Below, in pieces: positions 18,072 through 27,677 of a stretch of 32,000 nt of DNA. Source of the DNA: Candidatus Electronema halotolerans (GTDB lineage Bacteria > Desulfobacterota > Desulfobulbia > Desulfobulbales > Desulfobulbaceae); NCBI GenBank assembly GCA_942493095.1, contig OW818675.1, positions 900,001-932,000 of the forward strand, given 5' to 3'. The stretch's first letter is position 1; every line of letters begins with the position of its first letter. The translations under genes and the position numbers were made by a program. The notes under the pieces were generated by a model. It did no database searches and was not told the origin of the DNA. It worked only from the letters and a program-made list of their open reading frames with translations.

Positions 18072-18968
18072 TTATTCGGCCAGCCGCCGCAATGCCTCCT
18101 CATAGCGGGCCGCTGTTTTTTCGACAATCTCCTCCGGCAGAGGCGGCGGCGGGGGCTGCTTGTTCCAGTCGAGCGAGGACAGGTAATCGCGGAGAAACTG
18201 CTTGTCAAAGCTGGGCTGGCCTTTGCCCGGCGCGTACTGATCCTGCGGCCAGAAGCGGGAGGAATCCGGGGTCAGCACCTCGTCAATCAGGAGCAGCTCG
18301 CCGTCCGGTGTCATGCCCAGCTCAAACTTGGTGTCAGCAATGATGATGCCTTTGCTCAAGGCGTATTGTGCCGCCTTTTCATAGAGACCGATGCTGATGG
18401 CCGCCATCTTCTCCGCTGTCTCCTTGCCGACTATCTCCTCCATTTTCGCAAGAGATATATTCTCATCATGCAGGCCCTGCTCGGCCTTGGTCGAAGGCGT
18501 AAAGAGCGGCTGAGGAAATTTGTCGGACTCGCGCAGGCCCGCAGGCAGGGCAAAACCGCAGACCGTGGTATTCTTCTTATACGCTGACCAGAACGAACCG
18601 GACAGATAGCCCCGGACGATGCACTCCACCGGCAGCACTTTGGTGCGGCGGACAAGCATGGAACGTCCTTCGAGTTGGTCGCGGTATTGGTGGCAGATGG
18701 CCGGATACTGGTCAACCTCAGCGGTCAGCAGGTGGTTGGGGGCAATGTCAGCCAGCAGCTTGAACCAGAACAGGGAAATCTTGGTCAGCACTTGGCCCTT
18801 GCCCGGCACCGGCTCGTTCATGACCACATCGTAGGCGGAAATCCGGTCGGTGGCAATCATGAGCAGCTTGTCCTCATGACCGGGTATTTCGTACATGTCG
18901 CGCACCTTGCCCCGGTGCAGCAGGTTCAGTTCGGGCAGATCAATTTGAATAAGAGCGGCAGCAGTCAT
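18072..18968 (-). CDS. purC: Phosphoribosylaminoimidazole-succinocarboxamide synthase
   Basis: [74 protein letters not shown]. Confidence 0.97.
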   Translation of the reverse strand: MTAAALIQIDLPELNLLHRGKVRDMYEIPGHEDKLLMIATDRISAYDVVMNEPVPGKGQVLTKISLFWFKLLADIAPNHLLTAEVDQYPAICHQYRDQLEGRSMLVRRTKVLPVECIVRGYLSGSFWSAYKKNTTVCGFALPAGLRESDKFPQPLFTPSTKAEQGLHDENISLAKMEEIVGKETAEKMAAISIGLYEKAAQYALSKGIIIADTKFELGMTPDGELLLIDEVLTPDSSRFWPQDQYAPGKGQPSFDKQFLRDYLSSLDWNKQPPPPPLPEEIVEKTAARYEEALRRLAE

Positions 18969-18993
18969 TTCGGCAAAATAATATGAAGGAGTG

Positions 18994-19024
18994 GAAAAAG
19001 AAGGGCAGAAGGAGCCTTCTGCCC
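18994..19024 (-). terminator. Rho-independent terminator for adk
   Basis: Minus strand GGGCAGAAGG-CT-CCTTCTGCCC followed by TTCTTTTT, 18 nt past the adk stop. Confidence 0.8.
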
Positions 19025-19042
19025 GAAGAAGCGCGGAGCGAT

Positions 19043-19690
19043 TTACAGATTCAGCTCTTTTTTGATTGCCGCAATCACTGCGTCGCTGCTGACTGCCTCA
19101 ACCGAAAGCAACATGCCCTCTTTCTCATAAAAGCCGATCAGCGGGGCAGTCTTTTCGTTGTAGGTGGCAAGCCGGTGGCTGATCGCCTCCTCGGTCTCGT
19201 CCTCACGCTGCACGACCTTGGAACCGCACTTGTCGCAAATTCCTTCCTGTTTGGGCGGATTGGATTTGACGTTGTAAATTGCCTGGCAGGCGGAGTTCTC
19301 GCAGGTGCGGCGGGTGCAGAGGCGGTCAAGGATGACATCCTTGGGCACGTCAATGCTCACCACGCAGTCAAGGCTGATGCCGAGCTTGACTAATAGCTTT
19401 TTCAGCTCCTCAGCCTGCGGGATGGTGCGCGGAAAGCCGTCAAGCAGGAAGCCGTTGGCGCAGTCCGGCTCTTGCAGCCGCTTTTCCATGATGCCCATGA
19501 TCAGCGAGTCCGGCACGAGGTCGCCGCGCTTCATATAGCCCTCAGCCTCTTTGCCCAGCTCGGTTCCAGCCTGCACGGCCCCGCGCAGAATGTCGCCAGT
19601 GGAAATCTGGACAGAGCCGTCAATGGCGGTCAGCAGCTTGGCAACCGTGCCTTTGCCTGCGCCGGGCGCGCCGAGAAGTATCAGTTTCAT
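19043..19690 (-). CDS. adk: Adenylate kinase with Cys-containing LID
   Basis: [71 protein letters not shown]; start trimmed from the ORF-track start. Confidence 0.97.
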   Translation of the reverse strand: MKLILLGAPGAGKGTVAKLLTAIDGSVQISTGDILRGAVQAGTELGKEAEGYMKRGDLVPDSLIMGIMEKRLQEPDCANGFLLDGFPRTIPQAEELKKLLVKLGISLDCVVSIDVPKDVILDRLCTRRTCENSACQAIYNVKSNPPKQEGICDKCGSKVVQREDETEEAISHRLATYNEKTAPLIGFYEKEGMLLSVEAVSSDAVIAAIKKELNL

Positions 19691-19872
19691 GGTGTTCTCC
19701 TTGTAAGTATTTGTGCGAAAAGATAATTGCTGTTCAGGACAGAGCTGCGCAGGGTGCGGAAAGCTCCGCTGGCAAGATACCTTATTTTTCCGCAGGAGGG
19801 TAGAGCAAAGTGGGCGCGGCATGTGGCAGCTCTCAGAGCGGGCAGTCCAGCTTGAATCCGCAAATATTTTTC

Positions 19873-19900
19873 TTGACATAGTAATGATTACTAATTATCT
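19873..19900 (+). promoter_or_regulatory. Candidate promoter (TTGACA-N16-TTATCT) with embedded perfect palindrome TAGTAATGATTACTA (19879-19893), PerR/Fur-box-like
   Basis: 7-1-7 perfect inverted repeat filling the -35/-10 spacer, upstream of the perR-like gene; resembles the 7-1-7 PerR box TTATAATnATTATAA. Confidence 0.65.
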
Positions 19901-19937
19901 CTTCTTACAATCCGATGAACCGCACTGGAGCAATCCT

Positions 19938-20588
19938 ATGAAGTGTTTCCGCATGACCAATCAACGGGAAGTGATTCTTGAAGAAATTGCTAAATACAAG
20001 GGACATCCCACAGCTGATCTTCTCTATGAGCGGGTCAGAAAGAAACTGCCGCGCATAAGTTTGGCGACAGTTTACAGAAATCTTGAAATTCTCTCGAAAG
20101 CAGGTAAGATCAGAAAATTGGAAATAAGCGGGCGGCAGAAACGTTTTGACCGGGAGCTGGAGGAGCACAATCATATCTGCTGTGTGCAGTGCCATCGGAT
20201 TGACAACATTCATATCGCTCCAGAACAGATGCTGGCCTCCGGCTCTGAACAGAAGACAGGATATAAAATCTTCGGCTGGCGGGTTGAATTCTTTGGCATC
20301 TGCCCTGAATGCCAAGAGAAAAACGCTGCCAACGCTAAGAAACAGAAAGGAGCGGTCCGGCTGAATGAACGACAGCTCAAAGTGCTGACCGCCTTGAAAA
20401 CGTGCGGCAAGCCATGCACGGGCCGTGACATTGCCGCTGTCACCTCGCTTGAGCCGCCTCAGGTGCGCTGTCAGCTTTCAGCCCTGAAAAAGAAGGGGCT
20501 GGCGGTCAGTCCGGCCCGCTGCAAATACAAAATAACCAAAGCAGGCAAAATTGCCTGTGAGTGCAAGGAGAATGAGTGCGATGGCTGA
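19938..20588 (+). CDS. PerR/Fur-family regulator with an additional C-terminal domain
   Basis: [31 protein letters not shown]; [24 protein letters not shown]; CPEC; extra domain [49 protein letters not shown]. Confidence 0.88.
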   Translation: MKCFRMTNQREVILEEIAKYKGHPTADLLYERVRKKLPRISLATVYRNLEILSKAGKIRKLEISGRQKRFDRELEEHNHICCVQCHRIDNIHIAPEQMLASGSEQKTGYKIFGWRVEFFGICPECQEKNAANAKKQKGAVRLNERQLKVLTALKTCGKPCTGRDIAAVTSLEPPQVRCQLSALKKKGLAVSPARCKYKITKAGKIACECKENECDG

Positions 20589-21156
20589 ACTGAAAGGAAC
20601 ACAGACGGAAAAAAATATTCTCACCGCCTTTGCCGGTGAGTCGCAGGCCCGCAACCGCTACACCTATGCGGCCAAGATCGTGGCAAAGGAGGGCTTTGTC
20701 CAGATCGGATATTTGTTTACCCGCACTGCCGAGCAGGAGCGGGTCCATGCCAAAACCCTGTTCAAGCTCCTTCAGGGCGGCGAAGTCGAGATCACAGCCG
20801 CTTTTCCTGCCGGAGTGCTCGGCACGACCCTGGAGAATCTGGAAGCTGCGGCAGGCGGCGAGGAGCATGAGTACATGGACATGTATCCTTCTTTTGCCAA
20901 AACAGCGGAAGAAGAGGGCTTTCCGTTGATTGCCGCCACCTTCCGGGCCATTGCCAAGGCCGAGCAGCAGCATGCCAAGCAGTACCGCGCCTTGATCAGC
21001 AATCTGCAAGAGAACAAGGTGTTCCGCAAGGATGCGCCTGTCACGTGGCACTGCACCAAATGCGGCTATGTTCACGAGGGCGCGGAAGCCCCGCAGAAAT
21101 GTCCGGCCTGCGCCCATCCGCAGAGCTATTTCGAGCTGCTGGCGGAAAACTGGTGA
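20581..21156 (+). CDS. rbr: Rubrerythrin
   Basis: [30 protein letters not shown], rubredoxin-like [17 protein letters not shown]; overlaps the regulator stop by 8 nt. Confidence 0.97.
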   Translation: MAELKGTQTEKNILTAFAGESQARNRYTYAAKIVAKEGFVQIGYLFTRTAEQERVHAKTLFKLLQGGEVEITAAFPAGVLGTTLENLEAAAGGEEHEYMDMYPSFAKTAEEEGFPLIAATFRAIAKAEQQHAKQYRALISNLQENKVFRKDAPVTWHCTKCGYVHEGAEAPQKCPACAHPQSYFELLAENW

Positions 21157-21271
21157 CTTTTTCGGCGTAAACAGACAAAATGATGCTGCGGCAGGGAGCC
21201 GTTCTCTTCTGCCGCGTCCATCAGCAAAAGCGCATTCCGCGCAAACAATCCCAAAAGGAGGATGATGCATC

Positions 21272-21667
21272 ATGGTTAAGAAAAATGAAGTTTATAAGTG
21301 CCCGATGTGCGGAAACATTGTCGCTGTCCTGCATGGCGGCGCGGGCGCGCTGGTCTGCTGCGGCCAGCCTATGGATTTGATGGAGGAAAACACAGTTGAC
21401 GCGGCCAAGGAAAAACACGTGCCAGTGATCGAGAAAACTGCGAACGGCTACAAGGTCATTGTCGGCTCTGTCGCCCATCCAATGGAGGAAAAGCACTGGA
21501 TTGAGTGGATTGAGCTGACGGTCGGCGGCATGGTCTGCCGCAAGGACCTCAAGCCCGGCGACAAGCCAGAGGCAGTCTTTGCCTGTAGCAGCTGCGGCTG
21601 CTCCTGCAAGAGCGAGGCTGTCACCGCCAGAGCCTACTGCAACCTGCATGGCAACTGGAAGTCTTGA
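21272..21667 (+). CDS. dfx: Desulfoferrodoxin (2Fe superoxide reductase) with extra Cys-rich insert
   Basis: [74 protein letters not shown]. Confidence 0.97.
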   Translation: MVKKNEVYKCPMCGNIVAVLHGGAGALVCCGQPMDLMEENTVDAAKEKHVPVIEKTANGYKVIVGSVAHPMEEKHWIEWIELTVGGMVCRKDLKPGDKPEAVFACSSCGCSCKSEAVTARAYCNLHGNWKS

Positions 21668-21693
21668 TCCTGACAAGCAAAAGGAGAATTCCC

Positions 21694-22287
21694 ATGAGCA
21701 CCTTGGTCACTAAACAGGCCCCTGATTTCACCGCCACCGCTGTCATGCCGGACTGCTCGTTCAAAGACGATTTCCGGCTTTCCGACTATCGCGGCAAGTA
21801 TGTTCTCCTGTTTTTTTATCCTCTTGATTTCACCTTTGTCTGCCCGTCCGAGATCATCGCCTTTGACCGCGCCTTGGCTGCGTTCAAGAAGCGGAACTGC
21901 GAAGTGATCGGCGTGTCCATTGATTCGCAGTTCAGCCATTTTGCATGGAAGAACACGCCTGTGAATCAAGGCGGCATCGGCAATGTGCAGTATCCTCTTG
22001 TTGCGGATTTGGACAAGAGAATATCCCGTCAGTACGGGATACTGATCGACATGGGCGTGGCCCTGCGCGGCACCTTCCTGATCGACAAGGAAGGCGTTGT
22101 CCGTCATGCCGTGGTCAATGATCTGCCGCTGGGACGCTCCACAGAAGAAGCCCTGCGCATGGTCGATGCTCTCATCTTCCACGAGACGCATGGCGATGTC
22201 TGTCCGGCTGACTGGCATGAGGGCAAGGAGGCCATGAAGCCGACCTCCGCAGGCGTGGCTGAGTATCTGGCCAAAAACGCAGGCTGA
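21694..22287 (+). CDS. 2-Cys peroxiredoxin (AhpC/Prx1 type)
   Basis: [15 protein letters not shown] peroxidatic Cys, DVCPADW resolving Cys; start trimmed to ATG 21694. Confidence 0.95.
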   Translation: MSTLVTKQAPDFTATAVMPDCSFKDDFRLSDYRGKYVLLFFYPLDFTFVCPSEIIAFDRALAAFKKRNCEVIGVSIDSQFSHFAWKNTPVNQGGIGNVQYPLVADLDKRISRQYGILIDMGVALRGTFLIDKEGVVRHAVVNDLPLGRSTEEALRMVDALIFHETHGDVCPADWHEGKEAMKPTSAGVAEYLAKNAG

Positions 22288-22331
22288 TTTTTTTTGTTTT
22301 TTATCAATCTTCAGCAAAGGACGACAGCACG

Positions 22332-22490
22332 ATGAAAAAATATACCTGTGTGGTTTGCGGCTACGTGTATGATCCAGAGGCAGGCGACCCGGACAACGGC
22401 GTTGCTCCCGGCACTGCCTGGGAGGATGTGCCTGATGACTGGCTCTGCCCGATCTGCGGCGCAGGCAAGGATGAGTTCGAGGAAGCATAA
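22332..22490 (+). CDS. Rubredoxin, 52 aa (absent from the ORF track)
   Basis: Manual translation [52 protein letters not shown], two CxxC knuckles. Confidence 0.97.
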   Translation: MKKYTCVVCGYVYDPEAGDPDNGVAPGTAWEDVPDDWLCPICGAGKDEFEEA

Positions 22491-22493
22491 GTC

Positions 22494-23555
22494 ATGCGCA
22501 GGCAGCGGCCTTCCTTCCGCAGATGGGAAGGAAGCCGCTCCTTCTGCCGCTTGAGCATAATTGTCTCCCTGATTGGCAAGGGCATTTTCTGGCTGGGAGC
22601 ACTATTTGTTCTTTTATGGTTTGTCATCACCAGACCAGTCAAACTTCACTTCTGCTCCTGTCCATCTGAAAATAAAGTGAATCATGTCCGTCTAAAAGAG
22701 CATCTGCGGAAATTGAGTGAGGACTTTGTCCCTCGTGATTATCAGCATCCTGACAACATGCTCCGGGCGGCGGAATATATTCGACAAGCTCTGCTTCCTT
22801 GTGCTGACACGGTTGCTTTGCAAGCCTTTACCGTTGCGAGAGAAGGGGAATATGTTAATGTGTTGGCTGAATACGGCCCGGATACAAAAGAAATTCTGGT
22901 TGTCGGGGCGCATTATGATGCCTTTTCTGTTTTTCCCGGTGCAGATGACAATGCCAGCGGCGTAGCCGGATTGATTGAGCTGGGCGGCCTGCTGGCCCGG
23001 CTTGACCTGCGCAGCCGGGTTGAATTGGTCGCTTATGCGCTTGAAGAGCCGCCTTTTTTTGCCACCCAGGACATGGGCAGCGCAGTTCATGCCCGCAGCT
23101 TGAAAACGCAGGGAAAAACAGTCAGTTTGGCAATAGTTCTGGAAATGATCGGTTTTTTTAGCGATGCGAAAGGATCGCAGAGCTATCCGGCCCCGCTGCT
23201 GCAATTGTATTATCCTGACAAGGGCAATTTCATTGCAGTTGTTGATCAGGTTTTTTCGACAAAAGCACAGGATGTCAAATCTGCCATCAACCTCTGCACC
23301 GATCTGCCAGCGTATTCGATCAACGCCCCTGCTGCTGTGCCGGGCATTGATTTTTCTGATCACCGCAATTACTGGGCCGAGGGTTTTCCTGCGGTAATGG
23401 TGACAGATACCGCCTTTTACCGCAATTCATCCTATCACAGCGCGCACGACACCTTTGACACGTTGGATTATGACAAGATGGCGCAGGTTGTCTATGGAAT
23501 TTTTAAATATATCGAAAAGAATTATGCAAAAGAACCACATTCGCAGGAGAATTGA
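22494..23555 (+). CDS. Membrane-anchored M28-family peptidase
   Basis: N-terminal TM; VVGAHYDAF, GADDNASGVAGLIEL, LEEPPFF, YHSAHDTFDTLDY motifs. Confidence 0.85.
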   Translation: MRRQRPSFRRWEGSRSFCRLSIIVSLIGKGIFWLGALFVLLWFVITRPVKLHFCSCPSENKVNHVRLKEHLRKLSEDFVPRDYQHPDNMLRAAEYIRQALLPCADTVALQAFTVAREGEYVNVLAEYGPDTKEILVVGAHYDAFSVFPGADDNASGVAGLIELGGLLARLDLRSRVELVAYALEEPPFFATQDMGSAVHARSLKTQGKTVSLAIVLEMIGFFSDAKGSQSYPAPLLQLYYPDKGNFIAVVDQVFSTKAQDVKSAINLCTDLPAYSINAPAAVPGIDFSDHRNYWAEGFPAVMVTDTAFYRNSSYHSAHDTFDTLDYDKMAQVVYGIFKYIEKNYAKEPHSQEN

Positions 23556-23558
23556 CGC

Positions 23559-24773
23559 ATGAGACCTGTCCAACTGAGCAAAAATGTGTATTGGGTCGGA
23601 GCTGTTGACTGGCTGACCAGAGATTTTCACGGCTATTCCACAGAACGGGGCACAACCTACAATGCCTACTTGATCATTGATGAGAAAGTTGTCCTGATTG
23701 ACACGGTCAAGAGCGGCTACTGCCATGAGCTGATGCACCGGATCCGCAACATCATTGATCCGAAAAAAATTGACTACATGATTGTCAATCATGTGGAAAT
23801 GGACCATTCCGGCTCCCTGCCGCAGGCAGTGGCGGAGATTCAGCCGGAAAAGATCATCAGCTCCAAGATGGGCCAAAAAGCTCTGATTCAGCATTTTCAT
23901 CAGCCAGACTGGCCTTATCATGTGGTTGCGCCTGGCGAGCAGCTCCGCCTTGGCCCGAACAAAACCCTGAGCTTTCTCGAAACCAGGATGCTGCATTGGC
24001 CGGATTCGATGTTCACCTATCTGCAAGAGGATCAGATTCTGTTTTCCAGCGATGCCTTTGGTGAGCATTTAGCCAGCAGTGAGCGGTTTGATGACGAGGT
24101 CAATCAGGATGTGCTGATGCACGAGGCGACCAAATATTACGCCAACATCCTCACCCTGTATTCACCCTTGGTGAAAAAGCTGATTGCCCAAGTCTCTGAC
24201 ATGCACCTGCCGCTCAAGATGATCGCCCCGGATCACGGCATCATCTGGCGGAAAAATCCGAAAAAAATTATTGATGCCTACTCGCGCTGGTGCGTCAATG
24301 AGAGCAACGGCAAAGCCCTGGTCATCTACGACAGCATGTGGCATTCCACCGAGATGATGGCCAAAGCCATTGCCGGCGGCTTGCAGGACAAGGGCATCAG
24401 CTACAAGCTGCTCAATTTGCAGGTCAATCATCACAGCGAGGTGATGTGCGATGTTCTGGAGGCGGGCGCGGTCATTCTTGGCTGCCCAACGTTGAACAAC
24501 GGCATGCTGCCAAGAATGGCAGGCTTTCTCATGTACATGCGCGGCCTGCGGCCCACCAACAAGATTGGCGCGGCCTTTGGTTCTTATGGCTGGTCCGGCG
24601 AGGCGGTCAAGCTGATGAACACGGCCATGAGCGAAATGAATTTCCGTCTTGTCCATCCGGGCCTGCGGGTGCAATATGTGCCGGAGCACGAGCATCTTCA
24701 GGAATGTGTGCGGCTTGGCCATGCTGTGGCCCAGGCTCTGCTTGATGCGAAACAACAGGCTGCAGCGGCCTGA
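23559..24773 (+). CDS. roo: Flavodiiron protein / rubredoxin:oxygen oxidoreductase
   Basis: MIVNHVEMDHSGSLPQA diiron ligands, flavodoxin domain VIYDSMWHSTEMMAKAIA, AFGSYGWSGEAVK. Confidence 0.95.
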   Translation: MRPVQLSKNVYWVGAVDWLTRDFHGYSTERGTTYNAYLIIDEKVVLIDTVKSGYCHELMHRIRNIIDPKKIDYMIVNHVEMDHSGSLPQAVAEIQPEKIISSKMGQKALIQHFHQPDWPYHVVAPGEQLRLGPNKTLSFLETRMLHWPDSMFTYLQEDQILFSSDAFGEHLASSERFDDEVNQDVLMHEATKYYANILTLYSPLVKKLIAQVSDMHLPLKMIAPDHGIIWRKNPKKIIDAYSRWCVNESNGKALVIYDSMWHSTEMMAKAIAGGLQDKGISYKLLNLQVNHHSEVMCDVLEAGAVILGCPTLNNGMLPRMAGFLMYMRGLRPTNKIGAAFGSYGWSGEAVKLMNTAMSEMNFRLVHPGLRVQYVPEHEHLQECVRLGHAVAQALLDAKQQAAAA

Positions 24774-24959
24774 AAGCAGGTTGCGGCAGCCGCAGGAACA
24801 CGCTTCTGTTGCTTTGTCAGGCAGCTGATGGTAGAATAACTATCTTTCCTGTCGGCGCAGGCAAAATCAGAGCTGCTTTTCGCTGCGCTGGCTGACAGCG
24901 CATGTTCAGCACCGACTGAATTCAACTTTTTCTCTCAGCACGCAGGAGCCTGTTTCACG

Positions 24960-26528
24960 ATGCTGCCGGATATCCTGCTGGTTTCAGATCAGCCTGAGCT
25001 TTGTCAGCAGCTGACTGATATATTGGATGACTATGATGTTGACTGCTGCCATTCCTCGGAAGCGTCAAGAATCTGCGTGCATCAGCCGGTCAGGGTCATT
25101 CTGGTCGCGGAAGACTTGGGCGGTCTCAGCGGCATTGAACTCTTTGACAGTCTGCGGGAAAGCCGCCCAGGCGTGCTTGGCTTTCTGATTGTTGAGAAAG
25201 GCGACATCTCCGAATTATGTCCGGCAGCAATGGAGTGCGGCTTTTCCGGGCTGCTTTCTTGGCCGCTTGATCCTGAGCAGGTGCGCGGCAAAGTCAGCCG
25301 GGCTATGGAGGCGGCGGCCCTGCGGGAGGAGAATTCCCGACTGCGCGCCCTGCTGCCGCTCTATGGGCTGGGCGAAAATTTCCTCGGCTCCACCAACCAG
25401 GCCAACGTGCTGGAAAGCCTGCTTGATGTCATTGCCGACCAGACTGCGGCGGACAGCCTCTCGGTCATGCTCTACAACGAGCTGGAAGGGGTGCTGCGCA
25501 TCGCCGCATCGCGGGGCATTCCTGAAGAAATGATTCCGAACATCAAGATCAAGCCGGGCGACAAGATCGCAGGCCGGGTCTTTGAGGAGCGCAGGCCGGT
25601 CATTCTCAATCAGGAAACCCAGAACGACTCCCGTTTTGCGGATCTGCTCAAGCGGCCTGAAATCGTTTCCGCTGTTTCCTTCCCCATGATCGTCCGGGAC
25701 CGGATTCTCGGCGTGCTCAATGTCAGCTACACGGACGGCGACATCCGCTTTGCCGATTCAGACATTGAAATCCTCGGCATTCTCAGCACGCAGGCCGCCT
25801 TGGCCTTGGAGAACATCCGCACCAAGGAGGCCATGATCCAAGAGGCCCGCCTGCAAGGTCTGCTGGAGCAGTATGTGGCCCCGGAAGTGGCCGAGCTGCT
25901 TTTGGCCAGTGATGCCAATCTGATCAAGGGACTGGGCGAAGTCAAACGGGCCACGGTCCTCTTTGCTGACATCCGCAACTTCACCGGCATGGTCCAGCAG
26001 CTCCCTCTGCCGGTGCTGCGAGATTTTCTCAACGAATTCTTCCAAGTTTTCACGGAGACGATTTTTGAATACCGGGGCACGGTTGACAAATTCATGGGCG
26101 ATGCGGTGCTGGCCGTCTTTGGTGCCCTGATTGAGCTGGACAACGCCTCTTGGACTGCCGTGGAGACCGCCTTGGCCATCCGGGAACGCTTTGCCGTCCT
26201 GAAAGCGGAATGGATGCAGCGGGATGACTTTTTCGCCTCCATTGATCTTGGTTTCGCTGTCACCTGCGGCGAAATGTTCATGGGCAATGTCGGCTCCGAC
26301 CGGCGGCTGGATTACACTGTGATCGGCACGGAAGTCAACATTGCCCAGAGATTGGCCTCAGCAGCGACAACCTGTAAAATTTACATCACAGATGAAGTGC
26401 GCGAGGAGCTGATCAGGCGGCGGGACAGAAAGGTCACGCTGCTCGATCTTGGCGAAATGACTTTGAAAGGCGTGCATTATTCCGTCAGAACCTTCAGTGT
26501 GCTGGGCGTGGAGACGGTCGTTGTTTGA
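24960..26528 (+). CDS. Class III adenylate/guanylate cyclase with N-terminal receiver-like and GAF domains
   Basis: GAF region (LLDVIADQTAADSLSVMLYNE.., VSFPMIVRDRILGVLNVSY); cyclase core VLFADIRNFTGMV..YRGTVDKFMGDAVLAVFG. Confidence 0.9.
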   Translation: MLPDILLVSDQPELCQQLTDILDDYDVDCCHSSEASRICVHQPVRVILVAEDLGGLSGIELFDSLRESRPGVLGFLIVEKGDISELCPAAMECGFSGLLSWPLDPEQVRGKVSRAMEAAALREENSRLRALLPLYGLGENFLGSTNQANVLESLLDVIADQTAADSLSVMLYNELEGVLRIAASRGIPEEMIPNIKIKPGDKIAGRVFEERRPVILNQETQNDSRFADLLKRPEIVSAVSFPMIVRDRILGVLNVSYTDGDIRFADSDIEILGILSTQAALALENIRTKEAMIQEARLQGLLEQYVAPEVAELLLASDANLIKGLGEVKRATVLFADIRNFTGMVQQLPLPVLRDFLNEFFQVFTETIFEYRGTVDKFMGDAVLAVFGALIELDNASWTAVETALAIRERFAVLKAEWMQRDDFFASIDLGFAVTCGEMFMGNVGSDRRLDYTVIGTEVNIAQRLASAATTCKIYITDEVREELIRRRDRKVTLLDLGEMTLKGVHYSVRTFSVLGVETVVV

Positions 26529-26539
26529 TTCATGCCGCA

Positions 26540-26570
26540 TCAAGTCCTTGGACAAGGAAATTGGACTTGA
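26540..26570. repeat. Inverted repeat TCAAGTCC-N15-GGACTTGA downstream of the cyclase gene
   Basis: 8-bp perfect arms 12 nt after the stop; no strong T-tract. Confidence 0.45.
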
Positions 26571-26670
26571 CGCAGTTCTTATGGTACATTGTAGCTGTTG
26601 CAACTATGATTACAAGGGCGGCGGGAAGGACTGCCCTTGTTGAGATGAACTATGCGTGAAAGGAACAAAC

Positions 26671-27204
26671 ATGCAGAAACAAAAAATCTGTCTCTCCCTG
26701 CTGGCTGCTGCGGTATCCATCACCTTTTTTCAACAGGATGTTTCCGCTCAGGCAACCAGAGCGGAAGCGATTGCGGCGGCAAAAGATAAAAAGAGCAACC
26801 GAACCTATCGCAGCACCCCTACCGGAGAAGGCGCGCTCACCCCGGAAATGATCGAGCGCTGCATTCGTCTGAACATGGAAGTTGATGCCAGCTATGCTGC
26901 CATTGGCAAGGCCAAGGAAGAATTTGACGCGCTGAACAAGGAGCTGAATGATCTCAGCGAAAAGCTGCAGGCGGCCAAGGAGGAGGTTGACCGAAGCGGC
27001 ACCTCGGCCCGCAAGGAGTATGATTCAAAGGTCGTCTATTACAATTCCCGGCTGCCTGAACTGGATAAGCAGCTGGAAGTGTACAAAAAAATGGTCAAGA
27101 CCTATCAGGGCAAAAGTGACAAGTTTGATCGGGAATGCAATGGTCAGCCCTACTATGAGGATGATTACGCAGAGATGGTCAAAAAATTGGGTCGCGGCAT
27201 GTGA
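26671..27204 (+). CDS. Secreted/periplasmic coiled-coil hypothetical protein
   Basis: Signal peptide [28 protein letters not shown]; heptad-like [28 protein letters not shown]. Confidence 0.75.
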   Translation: MQKQKICLSLLAAAVSITFFQQDVSAQATRAEAIAAAKDKKSNRTYRSTPTGEGALTPEMIERCIRLNMEVDASYAAIGKAKEEFDALNKELNDLSEKLQAAKEEVDRSGTSARKEYDSKVVYYNSRLPELDKQLEVYKKMVKTYQGKSDKFDRECNGQPYYEDDYAEMVKKLGRGM

Positions 27205-27677
27205 TGCAGGCAGTTGCTGTTCAGTTCTGCTGGCTCCTGCCGCCTGCGGAACGTGATCTCCCCCTTCCTGAATACGCCTCTGCTCAGGCGGCAGGCATGG
27301 ATGTTGCCGCCGCCTTGCGGGTTGAATGTGTTCTCCAGCCCAACGCTGTATCCCTCATTCCGACCGGCTTGGCCGCCGCCCTGCCAGACGGCTTTGAACT
27401 CCAGGTGCGGCCCCGTTCCGGTTTGGCAATCAAGCATGGCATCACAGTTGTCAATGCCCCTGGCACCATTGATGCCGATTACCGGGGCGAAATCAAAATC
27501 GGCCTGATCAATCTTGGTCAGGAGCCGTTCACCATCCGCCGGGGCGACCGCATCGCCCAGCTCGTGCTAGCCCCGGTCTGCCGGGCTGTCCTCCAAGTTG
27601 TCAGCAGTCTGGAGGCGACAGAGCGAGGCAGCGGCGGCTTTGGTCATACTGGTTTGCAGGCAAAACCAGTCACTTGA
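27201..27677 (+). CDS. dut: dUTP diphosphatase
   Basis: [68 protein letters not shown]. Confidence 0.96.
   Translation: MMQAVAVQFCWLLPPAERDLPLPEYASAQAAGMDVAAALRVECVLQPNAVSLIPTGLAAALPDGFELQVRPRSGLAIKHGITVVNAPGTIDADYRGEIKIGLINLGQEPFTIRRGDRIAQLVLAPVCRAVLQVVSSLEATERGSGGFGHTGLQAKPVT

Noticed and set aside
20506-22488. Minus-strand ORFs of 255 and 284 aa opposite rubrerythrin, desulfoferrodoxin and peroxiredoxin
   Set aside because: Opposite strand of genes with clear metal-binding motifs; no independent support.
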